A DNA stretch of 64,000 nucleotides from Patescibacteria group bacterium (lineage in GTDB: Bacteria > Patescibacteriota > Microgenomatia > UBA1400 > PJMF01): contig JAHDXH010000001.1 in assembly GCA_023382875.1 (NCBI GenBank), positions 95,527-159,526 of the forward strand, read 5' to 3'. A program made the position numbers and the translations under genes. The notes beneath the pieces are model-generated. The model searched no databases and had not been told where the DNA came from. It saw only the letters and a program-made list of their open reading frames with translations. This document shows, piece by piece, positions 36,982-47,171 of the stretch (position 1 is the first letter of the stretch; each line of letters opens with the position of its first letter).

Positions 36982-38637
36982 TTATAACTGATCGAACTCG
37001 ATAGTTTCATCTTGTTCTAAAACAATATTTTTTATTTCATCTTGAACGGTAATGGTGTGCGGAACTGGAGCAAGACCAGGTTGTTTTCTAATGAAGATTT
37101 TGCAGGCCTGTTCTTGGCAAATAGCAGGATGACTAATTACAACGGTTAATTCTGCACTTTGTCCAGCTGGCAAAGCAAGCATTAAGCCAATTTCTTTAAA
37201 CTCTTCATGACTGCTGGTTTTAACTAGGCCTTCGTCATAACTAGAAATGGATTGGCCATTGTAAGCAATTTCTCTAATGGTGGTCGCGGGATCAAAATAC
37301 AGACGGTGATAATTAATGTAGTCTTCACTACTTTCAGAATCGTCATTATGAAACATAGTGCTGATGGTGGTGCTTTGAGAGTTGGTTTTTATATTAGTAG
37401 TGCGACTAATTTTTTTGTTGGCTTTATTAATTCCAACGTTTGATTCGACTTGACCAATAAATAAATCTGCATCTTTTGGTCTCGAGAGTGATCCGGAAAT
37501 TTTATATTTTTCAAATAAATTTTGTAGATGCTCATCCCAAGCAAAAAATTGAAGTTCTTTTCTAGGGAGTGCTAATTGAGTAGCTTGAGCAATGCTCAAA
37601 ATTTGAGCTTGAGAAAGTGTGGTAATTTTAATTTTCAAATTGGTAAACAAACTGCCTAAAAAGTTTATTTTTTGCTTGCTGCCAGCAAAAAATGAATTAC
37701 GGTCGGCATGTGCAAGATCAGTTAAATTATCGGCACTGGCAGTTAGTCCATAATCTGGTAAATAAATTTCGCCTACGATTTTAAGAATTCTTTCAACTAA
37801 GTCGACATTTAAGGTCACGATGAGATCTACATCTTTTTCGTGTCCAAAGGCAAAATAAGTAGCGATAGTTTTGGCTGATGAAGGAAAGTCTGGATTCCAG
37901 TTAGAATCTGGTAAGCGTAGTCCGTTGCCCCCACTTAGGTATTCTTTGGCCCCAGGTGGAGCGTCGACAAAACCCATGAATTGACCATCTGGTTCATAAA
38001 TATCTTGAATATCTAGGTTAGTAATCTTGCCTTCTTCCATCGTAATTTTTGCATACGAACCCATGAAACCACCCGTTGCTCTGATTTCTTCGGTGTTTTG
38101 GAATAGAACAATAATTTGTTTTTTACCTACACTCAAATATTGATTGGCACTTAAAAAATCTGAACCAATGCTATTGACCTGACTGAGTGGCTGAAGAAGT
38201 TTGGATCTTTTTAAGAAAAGTGATTTTTTCATCAAAACCTCTAGTTGTGTAGTTTTTTCTAGTAATTTTTGCCAGTCCTGTCCTAGTTGAGCTAAATTGG
38301 CTGTGGGTTGAGATGGATCAAGTAAATGTTTGCCAACAAAACTTAGCTGATGTGAAAAATCTTCTAATTCATCGATGGAGTTTAAAGCTAAGCTCCAGCT
38401 TTCTAAGGTTGAACTTTGCTTCAATAAAAGATAGCTAAAAACTGTTGGCGCTATCTTGGCTGATTGAGCAACAGTTTTGGCTCTAGTGAAGTTTTGTTGT
38501 TTGATTAAGTCGATGACTTTATCAGTTTGCCAGAGAGAAAAAAGTAATGAAACGATAATAAAACCAATTAAACTCAAGCCAATAAGCAATAAAGTGGTGG
38601 TTACTTTAGCTGGTAAAGGCAGTCTTGTTCTAAGCAT
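36982..38637 (-). CDS. Membrane-anchored protein with a large extracytoplasmic domain (DUF4012-like?)
   Basis: There is an N-terminal TM and a globular domain of about 500 aa. No catalytic motif was recognized. Confidence 0.35.
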   Translation of the reverse strand: MLRTRLPLPAKVTTTLLLIGLSLIGFIIVSLLFSLWQTDKVIDLIKQQNFTRAKTVAQSAKIAPTVFSYLLLKQSSTLESWSLALNSIDELEDFSHQLSFVGKHLLDPSQPTANLAQLGQDWQKLLEKTTQLEVLMKKSLFLKRSKLLQPLSQVNSIGSDFLSANQYLSVGKKQIIVLFQNTEEIRATGGFMGSYAKITMEEGKITNLDIQDIYEPDGQFMGFVDAPPGAKEYLSGGNGLRLPDSNWNPDFPSSAKTIATYFAFGHEKDVDLIVTLNVDLVERILKIVGEIYLPDYGLTASADNLTDLAHADRNSFFAGSKQKINFLGSLFTNLKIKITTLSQAQILSIAQATQLALPRKELQFFAWDEHLQNLFEKYKISGSLSRPKDADLFIGQVESNVGINKANKKISRTTNIKTNSQSTTISTMFHNDDSESSEDYINYHRLYFDPATTIREIAYNGQSISSYDEGLVKTSSHEEFKEIGLMLALPAGQSAELTVVISHPAICQEQACKIFIRKQPGLAPVPHTITVQDEIKNIVLEQDETIEFDQL

Positions 38638-40187
38638 GTAATGAGTTGATAGTTAGCTGAAGAAAAGTTTTGATACTCACTTTGTTCATTCTGATGAAGT
38701 AGTACCAATTCTACCTTAGAATTTTTGAGGTGAGTGATTGTTTCTAAGCTATCAAGTCTGTTAGAAATAGTGTGCCAAAGATTCTCACTTTCTGGCGGAG
38801 CAAAGCCACTAAAGCCATTGTAAAGTTTTTTCTGATGATAACTCTGATATAAAAGTCGATCGGCTTCATGGAAATATTTGTCGGTTTGGCTCCAAACGTA
38901 AGTTGGAAATTCAGCTAAAACTGGTTCCGGCCTTTGCTTGATCACTTCGTAAATTGGTGGAACGTTGATTTCAATCATAAATATTTTTTGTCTTGGTAGG
39001 CGTAAAAACCAGAGTACAAAGATGATAATAAAAACAATTAGCCAGTTGAGTTTATTTTGCTGATTATTTTTTAACTTATTTAAGTACAGATTATGTTGTA
39101 GGAAATATGGAATCAGCAAGCTCAGACCAAAGCCAAGTAAAACTATAAATCGTGATGAGGCTCGAAATGCTTGAAAGCCGGGTATCAAATAATAGGCAAT
39201 TCCATAAGGCAGTGGAATAGGAAAACCGGCAATCTTAATTGTTTGATCATGAATTTTGAGAGCTGGACCTAGCATGAATGTTAGTCCAACTAGAGAAATT
39301 ATTGAGGAGATAATTAGCCATTTTTTGTCAATTTTTTCCTGGAGTCCAATTCCTAAAACAGCGAACAAAGCTCCAAAAAAAAGCATCTCTGGTTCTAAAA
39401 GCTTTTCTAAACCAAAGGCAAAATGGGCAGCATCGCGAATAGTCCTAGTAAATTGAAATTCATTTTTGACCTGAAAGTACGGTAAGTAAAAAAAGCCAAG
39501 CAAAAGAAAGCTGCCTATTAGTAAAGGAAGAATTGATTTCCAATTGATCAACAATTTGTTTCTAATGTTTTTATTGAAAATAAAAATAATAGCTAAGCTT
39601 ATCGCGACGAAATAACCGGACATAGGAGAGTTAAGAAACTGATATAAGCAAGCTAAACTCAATCCTACTAAATATTTGTTTTTTTCTGTTTTTTCAAAGC
39701 GAAGTAAAAAGAAAATCGCCAAAGGTAGGCCAGCCATTAAAAATACATGCAAATGCGCCATGTAGTCCAAATGAATATGGGAAAAAGAAAATATAACTCC
39801 TGATAAAACGGCAAGTGATTCTTTTTTGAAAATTTCTTTGCCCAATAAATATTGGCAGAAAAAAATTACCACACTCCCTGTGATTAAGTGCAAATTATTG
39901 TTAAAAATAATGTTGGTTGAGCCAATTAGCAAAAGTGGAATATTAAAAAGTGCCGTCGATAAAAAAAGATCGGAGTATGCTATGGTATTTTGGTAAGGAT
40001 AAAAAAACGGAGCATTAAAAAAGTTTTGACCAGAAGTGAAGGCTTTGCTGCCCCAATCTATAAGCCAAGCTACAAGTATCCCGTCTTGTCTTGAGTAAAG
40101 GTGAGTGTTTAGTTTTCCTAAAATTGGCCACAAAAAAACCGCTGTTAGGATAATGCCAAAAAGCAAACCTCGCAGCGGTTTTAACAT
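38601..40187 (-). CDS. Polytopic membrane protein, GT-C-like
   Basis: It has more than 12 TMs over 528 aa and is followed by a periplasmic-type C-terminal region. Confidence 0.4.
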   Translation of the reverse strand: MLKPLRGLLFGIILTAVFLWPILGKLNTHLYSRQDGILVAWLIDWGSKAFTSGQNFFNAPFFYPYQNTIAYSDLFLSTALFNIPLLLIGSTNIIFNNNLHLITGSVVIFFCQYLLGKEIFKKESLAVLSGVIFSFSHIHLDYMAHLHVFLMAGLPLAIFFLLRFEKTEKNKYLVGLSLACLYQFLNSPMSGYFVAISLAIIFIFNKNIRNKLLINWKSILPLLIGSFLLLGFFYLPYFQVKNEFQFTRTIRDAAHFAFGLEKLLEPEMLFFGALFAVLGIGLQEKIDKKWLIISSIISLVGLTFMLGPALKIHDQTIKIAGFPIPLPYGIAYYLIPGFQAFRASSRFIVLLGFGLSLLIPYFLQHNLYLNKLKNNQQNKLNWLIVFIIIFVLWFLRLPRQKIFMIEINVPPIYEVIKQRPEPVLAEFPTYVWSQTDKYFHEADRLLYQSYHQKKLYNGFSGFAPPESENLWHTISNRLDSLETITHLKNSKVELVLLHQNEQSEYQNFSSANYQLITCLEQDCLYQLK

Positions 40188-40194
40188 ATTTTTT

Positions 40195-40884
40195 CTATTT
40201 CAATTTAATGGAGAGAATTTTATCTCCTTGAGCAATGCTCATTAGCACATCCATACCTTCGGTTACTTGGCCAAAGACCGCATGTTTACCGTCAAGCCAT
40301 GGAGTAGCGACGTGGGTGATAAAGAATTGACTACCGCCACTATTTGGACCAGCATTGGCCATCGAAACTATGCCTGGTTTGTCATGGACTAAATTAGGTG
40401 AAAATTCGTCCTTAATCCTGTAACCAGGACCACCTGTTCCCCATCTTGATTTTGCGTTTTCGTCTTTACTGAGTGGATCGCCAACCTGTGCCATGAAATC
40501 TTCAATGACACGGTGGAAAACTACTTGGTCATAAAAGCCAGAACTAGCTAAATCAACAAAGTTAGCTGTGGTTAGTGGTGCTTCGTCTCTGAAAAGATCG
40601 ATGGTAATTTCACCCTTAGTGGTAACAAGCGTAGCCTCTTTGGCTGGATTTGGTTTGAAGTCGGAAAGTTCTTTGAATTCTTCCATAGCGGTAGTTTTTG
40701 GTTGGGCCGATGGTGTGGCTAATTTAGTTAATATTGATTTGGATTCTAACTTGCTTGAGTTGGTTTGAGAAGTCGTGCAAGCGGAAACAAAAAATACCGC
40801 CAACAACAAGATAAAAATTTTGGAAATTAATGCTGAATTATTATTCATAAATAGATAATCTAAGATTTTTACCAGGTTTGGCAA
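40195..40884 (-). CDS. Cyclophilin-type peptidyl-prolyl cis-trans isomerase, exported
   Basis: An N-terminal TM or signal is present. The PPIase motifs [11 protein letters not shown] and [12 protein letters not shown] are present. Confidence 0.9.
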   Translation of the reverse strand: MPNLVKILDYLFMNNNSALISKIFILLLAVFFVSACTTSQTNSSKLESKSILTKLATPSAQPKTTAMEEFKELSDFKPNPAKEATLVTTKGEITIDLFRDEAPLTTANFVDLASSGFYDQVVFHRVIEDFMAQVGDPLSKDENAKSRWGTGGPGYRIKDEFSPNLVHDKPGIVSMANAGPNSGGSQFFITHVATPWLDGKHAVFGQVTEGMDVLMSIAQGDKILSIKLK

Positions 40885-40894
40885 GTATTAAATC

Positions 40895-41920
40895 TTGATT
40901 CTCTCTGTAAAGATCTTCATAATAATTTTATTACCTAAAGATATGAGTGTTTTTGCCGTTCTCAAACATTTATTCCATCCGCAGAGATCGAATAATCATC
41001 GACCTCGAATTTTGCATTCCCGCTCTTATCCACATCTTGCGTTAATTGCCCTGGGTTTTTTTGGTTTACTTAATAGTTCTTTGATCAAATTTGATAAGTT
41101 TGGTTACGTTTTGGGCTTTGCTTCTAGCATTACACCTAGCCAAGTAGTTGAGTTGACTAATGCCGAAAGAGCAAAAGTTGGCCTTCCTCCCCTAGAGATG
41201 AATTCTAAGCTTTCCAGTGCTGCTTTGGCCAAGGGTCAAGATATGCTTACTGATCAGTACTGGGCTCATATTTCTCCCGATGGCAAAGAACCATGGAGTT
41301 TTATCAAAGAATCTGGTTATACCTATAAGGTAGCCGGTGAAAACTTAGCTCGAGACTTTTACAGTACGGGTGATATGGTGGCCGCTTGGATGAATTCACC
41401 CACTCACAAGGCAAATATTGTTAACAGCAACTACAAAGAAATTGGAATAGCTGTGATTGATGGTTCCTTGCTTGGTCATGAAACCACCTTGGTGGTGCAA
41501 ATGTTTGGTACACAACCCACTCCAACTCAAGTAGCTCAAGTGTCACCCAAGGCTACTCAGGTAGTGGCAGAAGCTCCAGAAGCTGAAACAATAAGCTTAA
41601 CCAAGCCCGAACCAACGCCAGACTTAGTTCAATTTGTAGAATTAGCTCAGCCAACAACCATTTCTCAACCAGCAGTCTTGGCTAGCGTTTTAGTTCCAAG
41701 CGGGAGTTTGACTCTGCCACCTCTATTTTCTGCTTTACAGTTAACCAAAGCTTTCTTCTTGGCTATGATTATTATGATTGTCTTAACTTTGGTTTACGAT
41801 GCCTTTGTGATTGGTCACTATAAAACCGCACGCTTGGTGGGTAAAAACTTAGCTCATATTTTGTTCTTTACTGCAGTAGGGTTTTTGTTGATTTTCTTTA
41901 AAGGAGGAATTGTGGGATGA
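40895..41920 (+). CDS. CAP/SCP/PR-1 domain protein (YkwD-like) with a C-terminal TM
   Basis: The CAP motifs are NAERAKVGLPPL...HISPDG...GENLA...WMNSPTHKANI. Confidence 0.75.
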   Translation: MILSVKIFIIILLPKDMSVFAVLKHLFHPQRSNNHRPRILHSRSYPHLALIALGFFGLLNSSLIKFDKFGYVLGFASSITPSQVVELTNAERAKVGLPPLEMNSKLSSAALAKGQDMLTDQYWAHISPDGKEPWSFIKESGYTYKVAGENLARDFYSTGDMVAAWMNSPTHKANIVNSNYKEIGIAVIDGSLLGHETTLVVQMFGTQPTPTQVAQVSPKATQVVAEAPEAETISLTKPEPTPDLVQFVELAQPTTISQPAVLASVLVPSGSLTLPPLFSALQLTKAFFLAMIIMIVLTLVYDAFVIGHYKTARLVGKNLAHILFFTAVGFLLIFFKGGIVG

Positions 41921-42174
41921 AAGACGAACTATTTAAACACAAGCTGGCATACGCTGTTTTGTTATTTGGAATTTTAATTTTCATTTTCTTATTTTTGGGA
42001 GCTTGGCCAGATCGTTGGATTCAGCGCATGGTAGTCGTAGGTATGTCCACCTACTATTTTTTGTGGGGAATGTTGACTCACTTCAAAACCAAAACAATTA
42101 CAAGAAGTGTGATGTGGGAGTATGGCATGGTTTCACTCTTGGCATGCGTACTCCTGCTTTTAATAACGGTATGA
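41917..42174 (+). CDS. Small membrane protein, hypothetical
   Basis: The 85-aa ORF has 2-3 TMs. Its start overlaps the upstream stop. Confidence 0.35.
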   Translation: MKDELFKHKLAYAVLLFGILIFIFLFLGAWPDRWIQRMVVVGMSTYYFLWGMLTHFKTKTITRSVMWEYGMVSLLACVLLLLITV

Positions 42175-42201
42175 TTAAGAGTGTGATATAGTAGCCCCAT
42201 T

Positions 42202-42924
42202 ATGAAAGGTATCATTTTAGCCGGTGGTTCAGGTACAAGACTTCGTCCTTTGACCAGAGTTACTAGCAAACAACTTCTCCCTATTTATAACAAGCCAATG
42301 ATTTTTTACCCGCTCGAAACTTTGATGAGGGCTGGGATAAAGGAAATTTTAATCATTGTTGCTCCAGATCATGCTGGCGACTTTTTGAAACTTTTGGGGT
42401 CTGGTAAAGAATTCGGTTGCAAATTTACGTATGAAATTCAAGACAAACCTGAGGGCTTACCCCAAGCTTTTGTGATCGGTGAAAACTTTATTGGCAAAGA
42501 CAACGTCACTTTAATTCTCGGTGATAACTTGTATGAAGATGATTTCACTGAAGCTATTCGCACTTTCAAATCTGGGGGTCGGGTTTTTGCTAAAAAAGTC
42601 AAAGATCCAGAGAGGTTTGGCGTGGTGGAATTTGATTCTAACAATCACGCAATCTCCATCGAAGAAAAACCTGAGCATCCAAAGTCGGAGTTTGCAGTGA
42701 CTGGCTTGTACATTTACGACAATTCAGTGATTCAAAAAACTAAAGCTTTGGTGCCATCAAGTCGCGGTGAGTATGAAATTACTGATCTTAATAATGTTTA
42801 TCTAAAAGAAGGCACCTTAGACGTAGCTTTCGTTTCTGGTAAATGGTTGGACACGGGTACTTTCGAATCACTTCACGAAGCGATTGTTTTCGCTCGTGAC
42901 AGAGAATTGGCTAGTCATAACTAA
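42202..42924 (+). CDS. Glucose-1-phosphate thymidylyltransferase-like nucleotidyltransferase (RmlA family, short)
   Basis: The motif is [18 protein letters not shown]...[15 protein letters not shown]. Confidence 0.75.
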   Translation: MKGIILAGGSGTRLRPLTRVTSKQLLPIYNKPMIFYPLETLMRAGIKEILIIVAPDHAGDFLKLLGSGKEFGCKFTYEIQDKPEGLPQAFVIGENFIGKDNVTLILGDNLYEDDFTEAIRTFKSGGRVFAKKVKDPERFGVVEFDSNNHAISIEEKPEHPKSEFAVTGLYIYDNSVIQKTKALVPSSRGEYEITDLNNVYLKEGTLDVAFVSGKWLDTGTFESLHEAIVFARDRELASHN

Positions 42925-42948
42925 AAGTTTTAGTTACAATAAAGACTG

Positions 42949-43749
42949 ATGAAGAAAACAATTGTCTCCATTCTATTTTTTTTGTTGATGATTTCTCCTG
43001 TCTGGGCTCATGCTCAAGTTGATTTGATTTCAGAAAAGAAAAGTATTATTGAAGAAATCGCTGAAGTTGATCGTACCTATAAAGGTCAACTGGCCGAATA
43101 TCGTCAGGCTGCTGATCAGTTCAACATTGCCAAAGGTCAATTTACTAAGCTCAATACTCTGGCTTCTTTGGAAGTGGCAGTTCAAGATGGCAGAAAGGCC
43201 TTACTCCTTAGAGATCGTGTTTTGCTTACTTATTTAAAATTGATTGAATTGAAACTTTTGGAATCTGATGGCATCAATCTGGAAGAAAAAACCATCGCTT
43301 TGGATATGACTAAAGATTTGCAGCAAGATTTTCAGGCACACCTTGATTTGACTAATAATGCTATTGATAGAGTGGCTGTGAATCAAGTTGCTGATGACTT
43401 TGAAATCTTGGCGCCCAAAATTACTAATCTCTCTAATTACGTTTCTACTCTATTGAGAATTGGTAAGCTTCAAACTATTTATGATCATTCACTATCTTTA
43501 GTTGAAAAAACCAATCCTAACGCTGCTGGTGCCGAACCTTCTTTGAAACAAAATGAAATGATCAGGGCTCACACCGAAGTTGTAAATCTGATGGAAAAAA
43601 TTTACACCAACCTTAGATATGGTTGGGACGAAATCAGAGTGGCTAGAGAGAAAGAAAAACCAATTGATATCTCCAAGAGCAACGCTAGTGTTTTTGCTGA
43701 TTTATCACAAACTATGCTCTTTTTGGCAGAAATTGTAAGTAAAAGATAA
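42949..43749 (+). CDS. Secreted alpha-helical hypothetical protein
   Basis: It has a signal peptide and no recognized domain. Confidence 0.4.
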   Translation: MKKTIVSILFFLLMISPVWAHAQVDLISEKKSIIEEIAEVDRTYKGQLAEYRQAADQFNIAKGQFTKLNTLASLEVAVQDGRKALLLRDRVLLTYLKLIELKLLESDGINLEEKTIALDMTKDLQQDFQAHLDLTNNAIDRVAVNQVADDFEILAPKITNLSNYVSTLLRIGKLQTIYDHSLSLVEKTNPNAAGAEPSLKQNEMIRAHTEVVNLMEKIYTNLRYGWDEIRVAREKEKPIDISKSNASVFADLSQTMLFLAEIVSKR

Positions 43750-44141
43750 TGCAAAATTTAGATTCTAATCAAACTCAATTTGCAGAAATTACACCAGTCT
43801 TCGAATCTGGCTCAACTTCTGTGGCACCAAAGAAAGTTCAAAATGATGAACCTGTTAAGAAAAAGTCAAATTTGCCTCTTTTGGTTGGAGCATTAGCTTT
43901 GGTTTTGGCTTTTGTTTTTCTGATTATTTTAATCTCGGTTAAACTTGCCATGAATACCAATTCAGAAAATAAAACTGATGATGGTCGAATAGTTGAACAA
44001 AATGATGGACAAGTTGATCCATTGCTAGAGGAAATTTACGATTTAGATGATCAATTGCAAAGCTCTGATCCTACCATCGATGAGATTCCTTTCCCTCCAG
44101 TTGATATGACCTTGCGCTTAGACGCTCCTAAAAAGAAATAA
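43749..44141 (+). CDS. Single-pass membrane hypothetical protein
   Basis: It is coupled to the upstream ORF by an ATGA overlap. The TM is LPLLVGALALVLAFVFLIILISV. Confidence 0.35.
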   Translation: MQNLDSNQTQFAEITPVFESGSTSVAPKKVQNDEPVKKKSNLPLLVGALALVLAFVFLIILISVKLAMNTNSENKTDDGRIVEQNDGQVDPLLEEIYDLDDQLQSSDPTIDEIPFPPVDMTLRLDAPKKK

Positions 44142-44159
44142 TTTTAGTTTCCTGTAAGG

Positions 44160-45701
44160 TTGAATTGTTATTTTGTGGCTATGACCACAAAAGTTTTTTC
44201 GGCTCTTATGTTTGGATTGTCGGCAATTAAAATCGAAATAGAAGTCGACCTTAATAAAGGTAAGCCAGGTTGCTCTATTATTGGTTTGCCAAGCAGAGCT
44301 GTGGCAGAAGCTAAGGAAAGATTTACGTCGGCGCTCCAAAACTCTGGTATCAGAATTAGAAGCAAGAAAACTGTTATTAATCTGGCTCCTGCCGGTGTTA
44401 AAAAGACAGATAACAACTTTGATCTTGCTATGGCTGTGGCATTGCTTGAGGCTTATGGTGAGATTTCTGTTTCCGATGCCACCACTTTGTGGTTGGGAGA
44501 GTTATCTTTGACTGGTCAGTTGAGGCCGATTAGAGGTTTGTTGGCTCTCGTTTTGGCGGCTAAAAAGTTGGGTTTTGCGAAAGTGGTTTTTCCTTCGTGT
44601 CAGAAGAAAGAGGTCGAGTTTGTCGATAGTATTGCTTTATACCCCGCTGATTCACTCACACAAATAATCAGCTTAGATAAAACTGGTTCGTCTTTAGCCA
44701 AACTGAAACCAACAATTTTTTTAGATAAAGCACTGGGAAGAAATACTTATTCGCAATTAGATTTGTCTTTGATTGCTGGACAAAAAAGAGCCAAGCGAGC
44801 TTTAGAAATCTCGGCCGCGGGAGGACATAGTTTGCTTTTGGTGGGACCACCTGGGTCTGGTAAGAGCGAACTTGCAAAGACTTTGGCAACAATTTTGCCA
44901 CCATTAAGTATTGAAATGGCACTGGAAATTTCCACGCTCCATTCTTTAAATAACGTTTTAAGCGATGGATTAAGCTTATCCCCTCCTTTTCGTTCTCCAC
45001 ATCACTCAATTTCTTATGCTGGTTTGGTGGGTGGCGGCGAATCTCTAAAGCCAGGTGAAATTTCTTTGGCGCATCGCGGCGTGTTATTTTTGGATGAGTT
45101 ATTGGAATTTAATAGAACAACTCTGGAGGCACTTAGGCAGCCACTCGAAGATGGAACAATCACTATCTCAAGATTAGCTGGGCAGGTCAAATACCCTGCT
45201 CAATTTACGCTTCTCGCAACAACTAACCCGTGTCCATGCGGTGTTGCTGGGTCAGCAAATGGAATATGTAGCTGCAACCCTACTAGTTTAGAAAAATATA
45301 AACAAAAGCTTTCTGGTCCAGTACTTGATAGGATTGATTTGCAAATTAGGGTAGAAAAAATTCCCCAAAAAGTTTTAGTGACAGATTATGCTAATTTTGA
45401 AGAAAATTCAAAAACAGTCTTATCTAGAGTGACTAAAGCTAGAGCTTATCAAGCCCAAAGATTTTCCAAGACCAAGTTTAATTTGAATGCTGACTTAAGA
45501 TCTGTTTTCGTTAAAAAGTATTGCCCACTTAATAACAAAGCTGAAGATTTTTTCCTCAAGGCTTCGCAAAAATTCAACCTAACGGCTAGAAGTCATTTCA
45601 AAATATTAACAGTGGCTAGAACCATCGCTGATTTGGCAGAAAGTGAACAAATTGAGGTACCGCATTTGGCTGAAGCTTTGAGTTATCGTTTGGAGTGGTG
45701 A
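44160..45701 (+). CDS. comM: Mg-chelatase-like AAA+ ATPase ComM/YifB
   Basis: Walker A is GPPGSGKS. The MCM-like zinc motif is TTNPCPCG. The sensor is VLFLDELLEF. Confidence 0.9.
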   Translation: MNCYFVAMTTKVFSALMFGLSAIKIEIEVDLNKGKPGCSIIGLPSRAVAEAKERFTSALQNSGIRIRSKKTVINLAPAGVKKTDNNFDLAMAVALLEAYGEISVSDATTLWLGELSLTGQLRPIRGLLALVLAAKKLGFAKVVFPSCQKKEVEFVDSIALYPADSLTQIISLDKTGSSLAKLKPTIFLDKALGRNTYSQLDLSLIAGQKRAKRALEISAAGGHSLLLVGPPGSGKSELAKTLATILPPLSIEMALEISTLHSLNNVLSDGLSLSPPFRSPHHSISYAGLVGGGESLKPGEISLAHRGVLFLDELLEFNRTTLEALRQPLEDGTITISRLAGQVKYPAQFTLLATTNPCPCGVAGSANGICSCNPTSLEKYKQKLSGPVLDRIDLQIRVEKIPQKVLVTDYANFEENSKTVLSRVTKARAYQAQRFSKTKFNLNADLRSVFVKKYCPLNNKAEDFFLKASQKFNLTARSHFKILTVARTIADLAESEQIEVPHLAEALSYRLEW

Positions 45702-45714
45702 AAAATTGGGAAAA

Positions 45715-45791
45715 TGGTGGGTGTGCTTGGAATCGAACCAAGGACCTCAGTCTTATCAGGACTGCGCTCTAACCATCTGAGCTACACACCC
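45715..45791 (-). tRNA. tRNA-Ile (anticodon GAT)
   Basis: The reverse complement GGGTGTGTAGCTCAGATGGTTAGAGCGCAGTCCTGATAAGACTGAGGTCCTTGGTTCGATTCCAAGCACACCCACCA folds as a cloverleaf. The anticodon loop is CTGATAA. Confidence 0.85.
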
Positions 45792-45837
45792 ATGTTTGAG
45801 ATATATATTTTATCACATCTTGGGTAAATTAATAATC

Positions 45838-45867
45838 AAAAAAAACGCCACAGTGTGATGTGTGGCG
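45838..45867 (-). terminator. Intrinsic terminator of the small minus-strand gene (cgccaca/tgtggcg hairpin plus U8 on the minus strand)
   Basis: A plus-strand A8 run is followed by a 7-bp GC-rich stem with a 7-nt loop. Confidence 0.6.
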
Positions 45868-45891
45868 CTCTTGTGTGGTCTTGAAGTTGAC

Positions 45892-46095
45892 CTAATGGCG
45901 CGGATAGCGGTGGCGTAAGCCCATGCCATCGTACAGGTCATCTTCAAATTGGTGTTGCTGATGGATATGGGGTGCGATTGTTTCATCGTGATCTCGCTTG
46001 ACGGCTGGTGATGAAAAAAGTTTTTCCATCAAAACCTTGCCAATGAGCAGAATCACGACAATAACAATAACAACAATCAAAACTTCGTTTCCCAT
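45892..46095 (-). CDS. Small 67-aa membrane protein with a His-rich C-terminus
   Basis: It has a strong RBS (GAGGAG), its own terminator and an N-terminal TM. No family was assigned. Confidence 0.45.
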   Translation of the reverse strand: MGNEVLIVVIVIVVILLIGKVLMEKLFSSPAVKRDHDETIAPHIHQQHQFEDDLYDGMGLRHRYPRH

Positions 46096-46161
46096 GAGAG
46101 TCTCCTCTTCATCTAAACAACGTTCGAAACATTATCTAAAATTTGGAGTAATTGTCAATGA

Positions 46162-47139
46162 TTATTGTGATGGGACCGTCAAAATGGTTTTCTGGTAAGC
46201 TTGGAATTGTTTGGTGGGAAGATTTTCTCGGTCAAGAAAAGAAAAGCCAGCAAAAGGGCCAGGATCGCCATGCAAAATAAAAGGCGTGACTGCTTTGACT
46301 CTGCTATCTGACCAAATGTGAAGCGCCGCATAACGGTAGTAAGATTCTAGCCAGCGATTGGTGAGGCTATTGCTTAGCCAGCCGGTTTCGGTGATATAAA
46401 CAGGTAAGTCTTTACCAGAAATTTTTTTGATATAAGCTAGCTCATATTTGAAGCCACTCAAAGAGTTTTTACCTGTTTGGTATGGTGAAGAAATAAAGCC
46501 AGGATTAGGATAAGAATGCGAGTTCCAATAATCAATAACGCTAAAAATTTCTTGATCTTCTTCATACATTTGATCTAAAAAATTAAAAGCTTCCATAGTA
46601 CTTCTGCTATTTGGAGCTGCTAAATCAAGACCAGCCGGCAAGACTTTGTAGTTTTTGTTTTCAGTATGGGCCCAATCGGCAGCAAATCTTAACACCCGGG
46701 CATATTCTCTTGGGTCAATTGACCCTCCAAACTCTGGAGCATGATTAGGTTCATTGAAAATGATGATCAATCTTTCTTCGATTGGCCACTCAAATTGGGA
46801 CAAAAATTTGAATTGCTCAATGATGTCTTTGCGCGTTGGGCGTTGCCAACTACCATTTTCAAATTTGGTTACTAGGCGGACAATTGGTATAAATTTTTGT
46901 ACCTTGGATTGTTCGAAGAAACTTTTCCATTCTTCAACTTTATTTAAATCAGATAGCGGTAATGGGATGGTTAGGTAATGCCAGTCATCGTTGTTGGTTT
47001 TAAGAAGGCTGACTGCATCTTTAACCTCTCCTGGATGAAGAATATGAATGCCGGCTTTGGAGCCGAGTTGAGCGTGAGCTACTTTGGGACTAAGCAGAAA
47101 TATGGCAAAGATGGTGGCAAGTAGAAGGCGAACTTTCAC
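46162..47139 (-). CDS. Secreted glycoside hydrolase, clan GH-A-like (GH5-type NEP / TETGW catalytic motifs)
   Basis: It has a signal peptide. The motifs IIFNEPNH and VYITETGW match the acid/base and nucleophile positions of a TIM-barrel hydrolase. Confidence 0.45.
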   Translation of the reverse strand: MKVRLLLATIFAIFLLSPKVAHAQLGSKAGIHILHPGEVKDAVSLLKTNNDDWHYLTIPLPLSDLNKVEEWKSFFEQSKVQKFIPIVRLVTKFENGSWQRPTRKDIIEQFKFLSQFEWPIEERLIIIFNEPNHAPEFGGSIDPREYARVLRFAADWAHTENKNYKVLPAGLDLAAPNSRSTMEAFNFLDQMYEEDQEIFSVIDYWNSHSYPNPGFISSPYQTGKNSLSGFKYELAYIKKISGKDLPVYITETGWLSNSLTNRWLESYYRYAALHIWSDSRVKAVTPFILHGDPGPFAGFSFLDRENLPTKQFQAYQKTILTVPSQ

Positions 47140-47171
47140 ACTCTGTTATCTTTTGTTATACTCTTGGGCAC

